Source: an uncultured Actinomycetes bacterium
Lineage (GTDB): Bacteria > Actinomycetota > UBA4738 > HRBIN12
Direction: 5' to 3'
DNA length: 64,000 nt
Assembly: GCA_963704885.1 (NCBI GenBank)
Contig: CAVPIB010000001.1
Span: 1-64,000, forward strand
The position numbers and the translations under genes were made by a program. The notes beneath the pieces were generated by a model that did no database searches, was not told where the DNA came from, and saw only the letters and a list, made by a program, of their open reading frames with translations. Shown here one piece after another: positions 1 to 12,656 of this stretch. How positions within the stretch are numbered: position 1 is the stretch's first letter; each line of letters starts with the position of its first letter.

Positions 1-1
1 G

Positions 2-1663
2 ACCTGCCTCCGCTGTGACTGGCAAGGCGAGACGAAGGAACGAGCGTGCCCCAACTGCGGAGAACAGCCGCTTTACAACGTCGGTGCTCCCACGTCAGGG
101 GAGGCGGGGGTGCCGGTACAGAGCCGACCCAAGGAGCAAAGCCACAAAGCATCCAGCACAGCAAGCGTGACTTCCGTCCGGCGCCCGGTCCCTCCGGTCG
201 AAACACCCCCGTCCACGACGGATGCGGTCGAACCGTCGGACCGATCCGCCCGCTCAGCCGTGGTGTTCGGCGTGACAGCCCTCGTGCTGACCGTCACCCT
301 GGGCACCTGGCTCAGGGCGCACGAGGAACGCACGTCCCCGGCAGCACCGGCGGACGCCGCGGCTCCCGCCAGCGACGGCTCGCCTGCGCCGGTCGTCGAG
401 TCCTCACCGACGCCCGCGAACGCCCCTCCCTACGAGCCACCTCCTCCCTTCCGCTGGCACACGGTCTCCGAGATGGGCGTTCCGCTCTCGTTCAAGGTGC
501 CAACGGGTGGGTGGGAGAGCTTCCGCAGCATCGGGACTCCCGAGTCCCCCGGAGGGCCGATCTCGATCAACAAGTCGATAGTCGGGCCACAGGGCGCAGA
601 GGCCATCATCTTCTGGACGAGCTTCCCCGACGGCGACTACGCCGACCCTTGCACCCGTCTGCTGGGGCCGTCGGTTGGTCCATCGGTCGCCGATCTCGCG
701 GACGCGGTCGCTACCGCGCCCGGCACCGTCCTCGTCTCCGGCCCTTCGGACGTCACCATGGGCCGGCGCGCCACGAAGCACGTAGCGCTCACTGTTCGCG
801 AGAACGTCGGGTGCGACCCGGGATTCTTCTACACGTGGAAAGACGTGTCTGGGGGTGCGCTCTGGCCACACACCGGCTTGGGCGCCACGATCGACGTATG
901 GATCGTCGATGTGGACGGGAAGACTTTGTTCATCGAAGCCGCGACGAGCAAGCAGGCCGATCCCGATCTGAAGCGGGAAGTCCAGAAGATCATCGGCTCG
1001 ATCCGCTTCGCCGAGCCCGATCTGCGCACAACCGCGGCTTTGGCAGCCGACTACGATTTCCGGAACTCACGCGCCAGCTCGGTCGAGACGGCCCCGGACC
1101 TGACAGACATCGGTCAGGGCTCGAACAGCTTCATCGACGAGATCTTGCTCAGGCAGAGGCGGACCGTGCTGGCGTTCCCCGAGGGCAACGGCTTGTCTCT
1201 CTCCCCAACCACCGGGGTGATCAACGGAGACCGATACTCGATCGAGCTCCTGTTCCGCCTCGACAGCATCGAGGGCTACCGGAAGATCATCGATCTCAAG
1301 AACGCCTCGGACGATTCCGGGCTGTACATCCTCGATGGTCGGCTGACCTTCTTCGACGTCGGAACGCCTTCACCGACGACGATCGAGGCAGATACCTACG
1401 TACAGGTCGTGCTGACCCGGGCCGCCTCCGGTAAGGTCGCGGCGTACGTCAACGGCGATAGGCAGTTCTCCTTCCAAGACGTCGGCGGGCTTGCCTTGAT
1501 CGATACGAGCGATGCCCTTCGATTCTTCACAGACGACGCGATCATGGGTGGTGAGCAGTCCGGGGGAGCCGTCTCTCGGATCCGGTTGTATGACCGGCCG
1601 CTCAACGCGAACGATGTCTTCGTGCTCGCGTGCGAGGAGATCCCGAACGCCCCCTGCGGCTAG
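2..1663 (+). CDS. Membrane-anchored protein (5'-partial): CxxC-x10-CxxC zinc ribbon, Pro/Ser linker, one TM helix, PsbP-like domain and C-terminal LamG/concanavalin-like domain
   Basis: The frame of ORF 110..1663 is open back to base 2 (TCLRCDWQGETKERACPNCGE). TM helix VVFGVTALVLTVTLGTWL. LamG-like motifs YSIELLFR, YVQVVLTR..AAYVNG and SRIRLYDRPL. Confidence 0.7.
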   Translation, partial: TCLRCDWQGETKERACPNCGEQPLYNVGAPTSGEAGVPVQSRPKEQSHKASSTASVTSVRRPVPPVETPPSTTDAVEPSDRSARSAVVFGVTALVLTVTLGTWLRAHEERTSPAAPADAAAPASDGSPAPVVESSPTPANAPPYEPPPPFRWHTVSEMGVPLSFKVPTGGWESFRSIGTPESPGGPISINKSIVGPQGAEAIIFWTSFPDGDYADPCTRLLGPSVGPSVADLADAVATAPGTVLVSGPSDVTMGRRATKHVALTVRENVGCDPGFFYTWKDVSGGALWPHTGLGATIDVWIVDVDGKTLFIEAATSKQADPDLKREVQKIIGSIRFAEPDLRTTAALAADYDFRNSRASSVETAPDLTDIGQGSNSFIDEILLRQRRTVLAFPEGNGLSLSPTTGVINGDRYSIELLFRLDSIEGYRKIIDLKNASDDSGLYILDGRLTFFDVGTPSPTTIEADTYVQVVLTRAASGKVAAYVNGDRQFSFQDVGGLALIDTSDALRFFTDDAIMGGEQSGGAVSRIRLYDRPLNANDVFVLACEEIPNAPCG

Positions 1664-1676
1664 GACCCGGGGTTCG

Positions 1677-4166
<2,490 letters not shown>

Positions 4167-4563
4167 GTCAGCGTCCTCCGGGCAACGACCCGCATGTTCC
4201 ACGGCCACGGGGATCTGCGGACCACGTCCTACCCCCGAGGTGCGCCGGACGCCGCACCCGTGGGTCGGTCGCGGCGTCCGCTGAAGGGAAGTATACCCGT
4301 GGCCCCCGATAAGCCTTGAGCGTCACATCACATCTTCCGTTCGCTTCGTATCCACTCACTCCTTGGTATTCGGAAGTTCCGTGCCGAAGGATGAGGCTCC
4401 TAGACATGGAATACGAGAACCCTCCATTCGGACTAGCGGAAGTCCCCCGTTGGCCCGTTGTGGCCACGTACATCGCGTGACACGATCGACAGACCTTCCC
4501 CACCCACGGTGGTGCCCCCCGCCGCTGGTCCGCAGGTCCGTGTCGTGTGAGGAGGTCCGTAGC

Positions 4564-4932
4564 GTGCGAGTTCTGGTCGTCGACGATCATCCGGCATTCC
4601 GACAAGCACTGACGAGCGCACTCGAGATGGTGGATGAGATCGAGGTCGCCGGTGAGGCCGGGGGCGGGCTCGAAGCCTGCCGTGAGGCCGAGCACATCGA
4701 TCCCGACGTGGTGCTGATGGATCTGTCCATGCCGGATCTATCGGGGTTCGACGCCATGGAGCGGATCCACGCGCGCGATCCGAGCATGCCGATCGTGATC
4801 TTGACCGCGAACGCCGATCCCGACGTGGAGGCCGAGGCGCGGCGCGCCGGGGCATCGGGTTTCGTAGCGAAGGGCACCATGTTGGACGACATCGTGGTGG
4901 TGCTTCACGAGGCGGCCGAGCCGCCCGTCTGA
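4564..4932 (+). CDS. Stand-alone response regulator receiver domain (NarL-like, no output domain)
   Basis: GTG start after GAGGAGG. VLVVDD, VLMDLSMP, LT, FVAK. Confidence 0.88.
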   Translation: MRVLVVDDHPAFRQALTSALEMVDEIEVAGEAGGGLEACREAEHIDPDVVLMDLSMPDLSGFDAMERIHARDPSMPIVILTANADPDVEAEARRAGASGFVAKGTMLDDIVVVLHEAAEPPV

Positions 4933-4940
4933 GCGCTCGC

Positions 4941-5363
4941 CTACTGCGAGACAGACCCCTCGACCGAACGCAGCCGCCTGCATAGCTCGACCAACAGCTT
5001 GCGCGCCAGCTCGGGGTACTGATCGAGCAAGGCGTTGAAGTCCCAAGACGTGAGCGAGATGGTCTTGAGGTCGCTCGTGGCGGCAACCGTCGCCGACCGG
5101 GGACGTCCGTCGAGGAGCGACATCTCGCCGAAGTAGGAGCCGGGGCCGAGCGAGGCGTGGGTCGTGCCGTCGACCGAGACCGAGACCTCGCCCTCAACGA
5201 TCATGTGGAACCCGACTCCCGATTCGCCCTGCTTGGCGATCTCCCTACCGGCCGGGAACTCGACCTCCTTGGCGATGGAGGCGACCCGCTGGAGGTCCTT
5301 GTCGCCGAACTCGCTGAACAGTGGCACGGACCGGATCCGCTCGATCGCTCCCTGCTCCTCCAT
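4941..5363 (-). CDS. Stand-alone cyclic nucleotide-binding domain protein
   Basis: Phosphate-binding cassette FGEMSLLDGRPRSATV. No C-terminal HTH. GAGGAGG RBS upstream. Confidence 0.9.
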   Translation of the reverse strand: MEEQGAIERIRSVPLFSEFGDKDLQRVASIAKEVEFPAGREIAKQGESGVGFHMIVEGEVSVSVDGTTHASLGPGSYFGEMSLLDGRPRSATVAATSDLKTISLTSWDFNALLDQYPELARKLLVELCRRLRSVEGSVSQ

Positions 5364-5441
5364 CGCGTCCCTCCTCATGCGAGCCCAGGCTGCCCCGGGG
5401 CGCGGCCAAGTATAGGGGTCACCCCCGTTCCGGGGATACGG

Positions 5442-6974
5442 CTACTCGGGCGCTGTCGAACCCTCAGGACGGTGCGCGGGGAACATGATCAGGTCGCGCA
5501 GGCTGTCCGCCCCGGTCAGCAGCATCAGGAGTCGGTCCACGCCCAAGCCGAGACCCCCCGCCGGGGGCATGCCGTGCTCAAGGGCGCGCAGGAAGTCCTC
5601 GTCCATGGGATGGGTCTCCTCGCCGAAGACCTCGCGCATCTGCTGCTGGAGCTCGAACTTGGCGCGCTGTTCGATCGGGTCGGTGAGCTCGGAGAAGGCC
5701 GTGACCAGCTCGAGACCGGCGACCACCAGATCGAAGTGCTCGGTGAGCCCCGGATCGTCCCGGTGAGGGCGCGCGAGCGGCGAGACCTCGCGCGGGAAGT
5801 CACAGACGAACGTCGGCTGCTCGATGGTCCCCTCGACCAACTTCTCGAACAGTTCCTGAACGATCTTCCCCGGTCCCCAAGCCGGGTCGATCGAGACGTC
5901 GTGCTTCTCGGCAAGGGCGGGCAGGTCGTCGCGGTGGAGCGTGACTTCCTCGCCAACCGCGTCCGATACGGCGCCCAGGATCGTGATCCGTCGGAACGGG
6001 GGCGCGAGATCGATCGTCCGGCCTTGGGTTTCGAACGCCGTGTCTTCCAGATCGCGGCCCATGATCGGGTTCACAGCCCGAGCGACTCGACGATCAGTGT
6101 CTCCGACAACTCCATCATGGTCGAGTAGTCGCCGTAGGCCTGATAGGCCTCGAGCATCGTGAACTCGGGGTTGTGGTCGCGGTCGATACCCTCGTTGCGG
6201 AAGTTGCGACCTAGCTCGTAGACGCGTTCGATCCCGCCCACCAACATACGCTTGAGGTACAGCTCGAGCGAGATGCGGAGCTTCATGTCCGTGTCCAGCG
6301 CGTGGTGGTGCGTGGTGAACGGGCGCGCGTTGGCTCCGCCGGCGATCGTCTGCAGCATAGGACCCTCGAACTCCGTGAACCCGCGATCGTCGAGCACACG
6401 GCGGATGGTCTTGAGGACGACCGCGCGGGCAAGCACATGGCGCCGAGGGACTTCGTCGACGATCAGGTGGACGTATCGACGACGCTGCTGCATATCTGGG
6501 TCCTGCAGCCCGTGCCACTTCTCGGGGAGCGGACGGAGGGCCTTCGTCAGCATGGTGAGACCGTCGGCCAGGAGCGAGAGCTCGCCCCGTCTGGTGCGGT
6601 ACGCCACGCCGGTCGCCCCGATGATGTCCCCCAGATCGATCTCGTCGAGCAGCGCGTAGAGCTCGGAGCCGAGCGTCGCCTCTTCGCAGAAGAGCTGCAG
6701 ATCGCCAGAGCGGTCGCGGATCACCAGGAAGGTGAGCTTTCCGTGCCGGCGCGCCAACACGACCCGGCCCGCGAGCGACGCCCGGCGGTCCGACCGCTCT
6801 TCGGGCGCCAGGCGACCCTCGAACTCGGTGCTGCAGGTCGGCCGCGTGCGTATCGACGTCGTAGGTGAGCGCGAACGGCTCGATCCGGTTCTGGCGGAGG
6901 CGTTCCAACGACTCGCGGCGGGCGCGCAGGACCTCGGACTCGCGTGAAGGAGCCGTCTTGGGACTCGAACTCAC
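5442..6974 (-). CDS. lysS: Lysine--tRNA ligase, class II (two compensating frameshifts near 6830 and 6085, probably sequencing errors)
   Basis: OB-fold and motif 2 ([21 protein letters not shown]) in ORF 6071..6760. Motif 3 ([15 protein letters not shown]) in ORF 5442..6974. Confidence 0.93.
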   Translation of the reverse strand: MSSSPKTAPSRESEVLRARRESLERLRQNRIEPFALTYDVDTHAADLQHRVRGSPGARRAVGPPGVARGPGRVGAPARKAHLPGDPRPLWRSAALLRRGDARLRALRAARRDRSGGHHRGDRRGVPHQTGRALAPGRRSHHADEGPPSAPREVARAAGPRYAAASSIRPPDRRRSPSAPCACPRGRPQDHPPCARRSRVHGVRGSYAADDRRRSQRAPVHHAPPRAGHGHEAPHLARAVPQAYVGGRDRTRLRARSQLPQRGYRPRPQPRVHDARGLSGLRRLLDHDGVVGDTDRRVARAVNPIMGRDLEDTAFETQGRTIDLAPPFRRITILGAVSDAVGEEVTLHRDDLPALAEKHDVSIDPAWGPGKIVQELFEKLVEGTIEQPTFVCDFPREVSPLARPHRDDPGLTEHFDLVVAGLELVTAFSELTDPIEQRAKFELQQQMREVFGEETHPMDEDFLRALEHGMPPAGGLGLGVDRLLMLLTGADSLRDLIMFPAHRPEGSTAPE

Positions 6975-7750
6975 TCATCCGTGGTCACCACGTTCCGTTC
7001 GAAGACCAGACGGAGGCCTTCGAGGGTCAACCACGGCTCGTGGTGATCGATCGAATGGCAATGTGGGATGACGACGGGCGCCAGACCCCCGGTGGCGATC
7101 ACCGTGGCGGGCCCGAGCTCTCCGCGGATCCGCTCCACGATGGCATCGACCTCACCCGCCGTGCCGAAGATAAGCCCCGACTGGACGGCCTCGACGGTGC
7201 TCTTGCCGACGACCGACGCGGGAGCTGTCAGCTCCACGCGTGTGAGGCGCGCCGTCCGCGAGAACAGGCTGGCGGCCGAAGCCTGCATCCCCGGCGCGAT
7301 CACCCCTCCCAGGAACTCGCCCTTGTCGGACACCACGTCGAAGTTCGTCGCGGTGCCGAAGTCAACGACGATCGCGGGACCGCCGAAGCGCGCGAACGCA
7401 GCCAGTGCGTTCACCACCCGGTCGGCCCCAACCTCGCGGGGGTTGTCGGTGAGGATGGGCACCCCGGTCTTGGTTCCCGGTCCGACGATCACCGGAGGTG
7501 CCGGGAAGTAGCGGGCGGCCATCTCACGGATGGCTGCGGTTACATCGGGAACGACCGAGGCGACCACCAGCCCCGTTATCTGGGATGCGAATGACATCGA
7601 CTCTTGGGACAGGAACCCGGAGAGCATCAGAGCGAGCTCGTCGGCGGTGCGCTCCGCTTGCGTTGAGACCCGCCATGTGTGCGCAAGCTCGGATCCGCGG
7701 AAGACCCCGAGGACGATCTCGGTATTGCCGACGTCGGCTGCCAGGAGCAC
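6971..7750 (-). CDS. coaX: Type III pantothenate kinase
   Basis: DVGNT, GADR and VDFGTAT motifs. Confidence 0.96.
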   Translation of the reverse strand: MLLAADVGNTEIVLGVFRGSELAHTWRVSTQAERTADELALMLSGFLSQESMSFASQITGLVVASVVPDVTAAIREMAARYFPAPPVIVGPGTKTGVPILTDNPREVGADRVVNALAAFARFGGPAIVVDFGTATNFDVVSDKGEFLGGVIAPGMQASAASLFSRTARLTRVELTAPASVVGKSTVEAVQSGLIFGTAGEVDAIVERIRGELGPATVIATGGLAPVVIPHCHSIDHHEPWLTLEGLRLVFERNVVTTDE

Positions 7751-7760
7751 TGGCGGAATC

Positions 7761-8615
7761 CTACCGGGCGGTCGGCAGCCGGAGATCGTCGATCAGGCGG
7801 GCCGAGGGGAACCGCGCCGCGACCACCGCGCGGGCGGGAAGTTCGATCGTTCGGACCGCTTCGAACGTCTCCACGTCCACCAAGGCCGCGTAATCGAGCC
7901 GGGCGAGCGGCGTAGCGCCGATCTCTCGAGCCATCGCCGCGATGATCACGGCCGAGTCACGCTCGCCGGCTCCAGCAAGCTCGGCCGCCTCCGACAGCGC
8001 CAGGAACAGACACGCGGCCTGTGCCCGCTCATCCGGCGCGAGGAAGACGTTGCGTGACGACAACGCCAAGCCGTCGGGCTCGCGGACCGTGGGGCACTCC
8101 ACGATCTGGATCGGGAGGCCAAGGGCCAGGACCATCCGATCGATCAAGAAGAGCTGCTGCGCGTCCTTCTCGCCGAAGTAGGCGGTGCAGGGCCCAACGA
8201 CGTCGAAGAGCCGGCTCACGACCGTGAGGACTCCGGCGAAATGGCCGGGTCGCGCCGCGCCCTCGAAGGTTTCCCCGACAGGTCCCGGATCGGGCCTGGG
8301 AAGGACGATGCCGGGCGGATAGACCTCCTCGAGCGGAGGCGCCCACACCAGGTCGGCGCCGAACGACTCGCAGAGCGCCACATCCTTGGCCTCGTCGCGT
8401 GGATACCCCGACAGGTCTTCCCCGGGAGCGAACTGCAGCGGGTTCACGAAGATCGACACGACAACCAGGTCGCGCTCCGACCGCGCCCGCCGGATCAACG
8501 ACGCGTGGCCGCCATGTATGGCACCCATGGTGGCAACGAACCCCACTTCTGCACCTGCCGCACGCCGACCGTCGAGTCCGGCTCGCAGCTCCTCGGCGCC
8601 GCGTATCAGTTCCAC
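7761..8615 (-). CDS. panC: Pantoate--beta-alanine ligase
   Basis: TMGAIHGGH, SIFVNPLQF, RPGHFAGV, FGEKDAQQ, GLALSSRN. GTG start overlaps the upstream gene. Confidence 0.96.
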   Translation of the reverse strand: MELIRGAEELRAGLDGRRAAGAEVGFVATMGAIHGGHASLIRRARSERDLVVVSIFVNPLQFAPGEDLSGYPRDEAKDVALCESFGADLVWAPPLEEVYPPGIVLPRPDPGPVGETFEGAARPGHFAGVLTVVSRLFDVVGPCTAYFGEKDAQQLFLIDRMVLALGLPIQIVECPTVREPDGLALSSRNVFLAPDERAQAACLFLALSEAAELAGAGERDSAVIIAAMAREIGATPLARLDYAALVDVETFEAVRTIELPARAVVAARFPSARLIDDLRLPTAR

Positions 8616-9469
8616 CGCGACAAGACCTCCTCCACACCCGCCCGGCGTTCGGCGCTCAGGCGGCCTGCCCGCTCCCCCAGTTCGAGCGCGACGCGGCACA
8701 TCTCGATGTAGGCGGGCACGACGTGAGGAGCCGACGCGTGGAGCGCGGCGAGGTTCCGATCGACGGTGGAGGCATCGCCCCGGACGGCGGGCCCCGTCAG
8801 CGCCTCCTCGGGCCCCAGCCGCTCGACGTTGTCCAGGGTGGCTCGCTGGAGCGGGAGCATGGCGAGCACAGGATCTGGGACGCCCGACAGCGCGAACAAC
8901 TCCTTAGCGATGGCCGAGACACCGACCAGGTAGTTGGACGCGAACACGGCGGCCGCGTGGTAGAGCCCGCGGTCCTCGTCGGCCAATCGGAACGAACGCG
9001 TCATCAGATCGTCTGCCAGACGCTCGCCGATCAGATACCCCTCGGGATCGTCGGCCGTGACGGCCATGAAGCTCCCTGGGATCCGGTCGATCCCGCCGTC
9101 CACGTCAGGGAAGGTCTGCAGCGGGTGGATGGCGAGCGGCCGGGCACCGGCCGCTCGCACGGGAGCGAGGACGCTTAGCCCCGCGGCCCCCGACAGGTGC
9201 GCCACCCACTGGCCCGGCCGGAAAGCCTCTTCGTGGGCCAGTCCTTCGACGGTCTCGGCGATCAGGTCATCGGGGACCGCCACGATCACCAGATCGCCGA
9301 GGCGGGCCGCTTCATCCTGCTCCACGAACGCCGCTGACGGCAGATATCGGCTCGCGCGATCGCGGGTTAGATCCCGCCCGGAGACGGCCACGATGTCGTG
9401 ACCCGCGCGGCCGAGTAACACGGCCACGGCGGTCCCCGCGCGACCCGCGCCTACCACGGAGATGTTCAT
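8606..9469 (-). CDS. Rossmann-like/DUF2520 oxidoreductase (PanG-like candidate ketopantoate reductase)
   Basis: GAGRAG, HLSGA, HPLQTF, YHAAAVFASN and LTGPAVRGD motifs. Directly upstream of panC. Confidence 0.85.
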   Translation of the reverse strand: MNISVVGAGRAGTAVAVLLGRAGHDIVAVSGRDLTRDRASRYLPSAAFVEQDEAARLGDLVIVAVPDDLIAETVEGLAHEEAFRPGQWVAHLSGAAGLSVLAPVRAAGARPLAIHPLQTFPDVDGGIDRIPGSFMAVTADDPEGYLIGERLADDLMTRSFRLADEDRGLYHAAAVFASNYLVGVSAIAKELFALSGVPDPVLAMLPLQRATLDNVERLGPEEALTGPAVRGDASTVDRNLAALHASAPHVVPAYIEMCRVALELGERAGRLSAERRAGVEEVLSRWN

Positions 9470-9487
9470 CGCCGCGAGTATGCCAAC

Positions 9488-10849
9488 TCAGCTGATCCAC
9501 ACGATGGGGCCCGTCGGAGCCGGGCCGCCCGTCGGTGGATCGAGCCTGGAGACGACCGCGTCGATCACGGTGACCAGCCCCGCCTGTGTCAGGACGATCG
9601 CCGAGCCGTCGTGGGAGTAGGTCGCGTAGGCCGTGCCTTCCGCTCCGGCCAAGAGGACGGGCGGTCGAGGCTCGTCCTCCGGACCGGCACGCAGCTCGAA
9701 CACCCCACGTCGTTCGCCCACTCGTCCGATGACCAGGACCGCCGAAGAGTCCGGCGACCAGGCCAGTACCCGGTTGATCGCGAGGCGCTCCTCACCCACG
9801 CCGTAGCGCGAGAGGACGTTGGAGGCACGAGCACGGAAGTAGAGCTCAGTGTTGGCGAGCTCGGCACTGATGTGCGCAGGCCGGACCGCGACGAGTGGGG
9901 CCCCGGGAAGCGACGTGGACGGTACGACCAGCATGTCGCCCACGGATGAGGTCCCGATCAAAGCATGGTCGGACAGGATCGAGTAGATGCGGTCTGGGCC
10001 GGCTATGAACACCCCGACGTGCCCGCTCCGGCTCAGCGTGAAGTACGTGGCCGCCGTTGCGTCGACCCCTACGGAGAGCACGTCGCCGCAGAGCGCAGGA
10101 TCGGCGAACCTCTGTTCAGGGGTCGCCCCGAAGAGGCTCGCCCACCGGATGGTGACGCGCCGCTCGCAGCCGGACGTAGGACCTCGACGCACGGCGACGA
10201 CGGCCGTTCCTCGTGATTCCCAGCTCACGATATCCCCCGACAGCAGTGCCACGGATCGATCGTCCTCGCGGAGCGACCGCAGGACCGACGCCCGTAGCGA
10301 CCCATCTTCGAGCTCGGAGGTCACCCCCACCCATCCGACGTTCGCCCCCGATGCGCTCACCAGCTCGATGGCCGTTCGCACCCGCGGGCCCTCCGCCACC
10401 ACACCACTCTCCAGATCCCAACGCCACAGCCGCGACCAGCCCTCGCCGTCGGGGACCGCGTACACGAGCGTCCCCGTCAGGTCGACCTGGGTCGAGGCCG
10501 CGGGGGCGGGTCGTTCCTCGTGGGCCGTGAGCCAGGCGCCCAGGGCTACGGTCAGCACCAGGGCAGCGAGGACGAACGCCAGCGCGTATAGGCGGGATCG
10601 GCGGGACGGCTCTACGGGGTTCGCCGGGGACGGGGGTGGGTCTAGCGAACGGGTGCGTATGCCGGGCCGGGCCGTGCCTGCGGTGCTCGCCGTTCCGCGG
10701 CTGCGCTCCTCGGAAGGGCCCCCTTCCGGCACCCGCACCCGGTCCGAATTGGAAACACCGGCAACGTAGAGGCGCTCTCCGCAGTTCGGACACCTCGGTT
10801 CCTTAGTCTCGCCGTGCCAATCGCAGCGGAAGCAGGTCTTGGGGGTCAT
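9488..10849 (-). CDS. Membrane-anchored protein: zinc ribbon, linker, TM helix and a beta-rich (propeller-like) ectodomain
   Basis: CFRC-x10-CPNC, TM helix LAFVLAALVLTVALGAWL, AWSPD-type repeats. ATG overlaps the folK stop. Confidence 0.7.
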   Translation of the reverse strand: MTPKTCFRCDWHGETKEPRCPNCGERLYVAGVSNSDRVRVPEGGPSEERSRGTASTAGTARPGIRTRSLDPPPSPANPVEPSRRSRLYALAFVLAALVLTVALGAWLTAHEERPAPAASTQVDLTGTLVYAVPDGEGWSRLWRWDLESGVVAEGPRVRTAIELVSASGANVGWVGVTSELEDGSLRASVLRSLREDDRSVALLSGDIVSWESRGTAVVAVRRGPTSGCERRVTIRWASLFGATPEQRFADPALCGDVLSVGVDATAATYFTLSRSGHVGVFIAGPDRIYSILSDHALIGTSSVGDMLVVPSTSLPGAPLVAVRPAHISAELANTELYFRARASNVLSRYGVGEERLAINRVLAWSPDSSAVLVIGRVGERRGVFELRAGPEDEPRPPVLLAGAEGTAYATYSHDGSAIVLTQAGLVTVIDAVVSRLDPPTGGPAPTGPIVWIS

Positions 10850-11340
10850 GGGTCAACCGGGACGACCAGCGGAGGGGCGAAGGGGTGGGCTTCGCCTTCG
10901 GGGGATGCGTCGAGGAGGCGGGTGCCGTTCGGAAGCACCGGGTCGGAGACGAGCTCCAGGAGGGGCATGAGGGCGAAGGCTCGCCGATGAAGACGGGGGT
11001 GGGGAACGGTCAGGGTCGGGTCGTCGATAGCAAGCGCGTCGATCAGCAAGATGTCGATATCGATAGTGCGGGCGCCCCATCGGACCTCGCGGGTCCGGCC
11101 CAGATCCACTTCGACGCGGCCGCACGCGGCGAGGAGATCGTGAGGCTCCAGCTCGGTGGTCACGGCGATGACGGCGTTCAGGAACTCAGGTTGTTCGGGC
11201 CCGCCCAGCGGATCGGTCTCCCAGACGCGTGAGCAGCGGGTCACTTCGATCCCGGGTTGGTTGCCGAGCCTGTCCACGGCCCGCTGCAGCGTGGCCAGGC
11301 GATCCCCCAGGTTCGAGCCGAGCCCCAGGAACGCCTCCAC
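10846..11340 (-). CDS. folK: 6-hydroxymethyl-7,8-dihydropterin pyrophosphokinase
   Basis: LGLGSNLGDR, FLNAV, RWGARTIDIDIL, VPHPR. Confidence 0.97.
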   Translation of the reverse strand: MEAFLGLGSNLGDRLATLQRAVDRLGNQPGIEVTRCSRVWETDPLGGPEQPEFLNAVIAVTTELEPHDLLAACGRVEVDLGRTREVRWGARTIDIDILLIDALAIDDPTLTVPHPRLHRRAFALMPLLELVSDPVLPNGTRLLDASPEGEAHPFAPPLVVPVDP

Positions 11341-11346
11341 GCGCGG

Positions 11347-11700
11347 CTACCCCCCGGGCGCTGTGGCGGCGGCCGCGACGCCGTCGATCTCCAGCCTTGC
11401 AGCGGCGTTCGGCTTGTGGACCACCGCGGTCACGCGCAGGACCCGATCCACGGACAGGATCTGGTCTGCGATCGCCGTCGCCATGGACTCGATCAGGTCG
11501 AACGACCGCTCCTCGACGACGGCGCGCACGGCGTCGGTGATCCCTCGGTAGTCGGCCGTGCCGTCGATCTCGTCATCACCGACGTTCACTTCGAGGTCCA
11601 GATCCACCACGAACGGTTGCACCTCGTCCTTCTCGCCTGGGCGGGCCCCGTGATGCCCGCTGGCGCGGATCCCCGACAGGAACAGCCTCGTCGTGCTCAC
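11347..11700 (-). CDS. folB: Dihydroneopterin aldolase
   Basis: GHHG..EK..QPFVVD, TADY, FDLIE, HKP. Position in the fol operon. Confidence 0.92.
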   Translation of the reverse strand: MSTTRLFLSGIRASGHHGARPGEKDEVQPFVVDLDLEVNVGDDEIDGTADYRGITDAVRAVVEERSFDLIESMATAIADQILSVDRVLRVTAVVHKPNAAARLEIDGVAAAATAPGG

Positions 11701-12656
11701 CCGTCGTCCTCCTCGTCCTCGACGTCGTGCCATCCATCTTCCTCGTCCTCGGCCAGATCGACCCACGGTGGTCGGCGCTCCAGCTGGATCGTCACGATCC
11801 CGGACGGGTCGGCGTGTCCGTGCGGGGCACCCAGGTACCGAGCGCGTAGGTACTCGTAGATCATGGGGCCGATCGTCTCTATCGCGTCTTCCACCAGGAG
11901 ATGGCCGGATCCCGGCACGAGTCCCAGGGTGGACGTCGGGATCGTTTCGTTCAGCCGCTCGGCGATCGAGGACGGGTAGAAAGGGTCGTCCTCGCCCCAG
12001 AAGATCAGGACGGGTATCTCCAGTCGCCCCAGGTCCTCCTCGCGACCTGCCAATCCATCACCGTCCATAGCCCTGGCGAACCGGAAGAACGCCGCGACGC
12101 CTTCGGGTCCCGACCACGGGCGCAGGTACGCCTCGATGTGGTCCTCACTCATGCGGTCGGGCTCCGTCATCCCAGCGCGGAGCCCGGCGCGGACCACCGA
12201 ATGAACCAAGGGCTCCAACTCCCGCTCCGGCGGTGTCCGCTGGATCTCCCGCGTGAGCGCCGAAGGCCAGGCGTTGAAGGCCGCGGACGAGATGAGGACC
12301 ATGGCGTCGACACCCGGCGCGTCCATGGCGAGGAGCTGCGCCACGCCACCGCCCACGGAATGACCGATCACCGCGAACCGCTCGATCCCGAGGCCATCGA
12401 CCAGCTCTCGCGCGTAGCCGGCCTGGGCGATCAACCCCAGCGGCGGATCGTCAGGCTTGTCCGATTCTCCTGTGCCGAGCATGTCGGGGACGATCACCCG
12501 GAAGCGCGAGGCCAGGAGCGGCACCAGATCGCGCCAGACGTAGGAGGACTCGGGGAAGCCGTGGAGCATCAGGACCGGTGGCCCCTCGCCCGAGTCGGTG
12601 TAGGAGAGCTCGCCGCCCGAGGTCGGCGCCCGCCGCCTCTCGGATCGTGGGTCCAT
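11697..12656 (-). CDS. Alpha/beta fold hydrolase with acidic C-terminal tail
   Basis: HGFP, nucleophile elbow GHSVGG, WGEDD, SGH. Overlaps the folP stop and the folB start. Confidence 0.88.
   Translation of the reverse strand: MDPRSERRRAPTSGGELSYTDSGEGPPVLMLHGFPESSYVWRDLVPLLASRFRVIVPDMLGTGESDKPDDPPLGLIAQAGYARELVDGLGIERFAVIGHSVGGGVAQLLAMDAPGVDAMVLISSAAFNAWPSALTREIQRTPPERELEPLVHSVVRAGLRAGMTEPDRMSEDHIEAYLRPWSGPEGVAAFFRFARAMDGDGLAGREEDLGRLEIPVLIFWGEDDPFYPSSIAERLNETIPTSTLGLVPGSGHLLVEDAIETIGPMIYEYLRARYLGAPHGHADPSGIVTIQLERRPPWVDLAEDEEDGWHDVEDEEDDG

Noticed and set aside
5442-6974. lysS (and holB) as pseudogenes or programmed frameshifts
   Set aside because: These are essential genes with intact motifs and no obvious slippery sites, and similar indels occur throughout the window.
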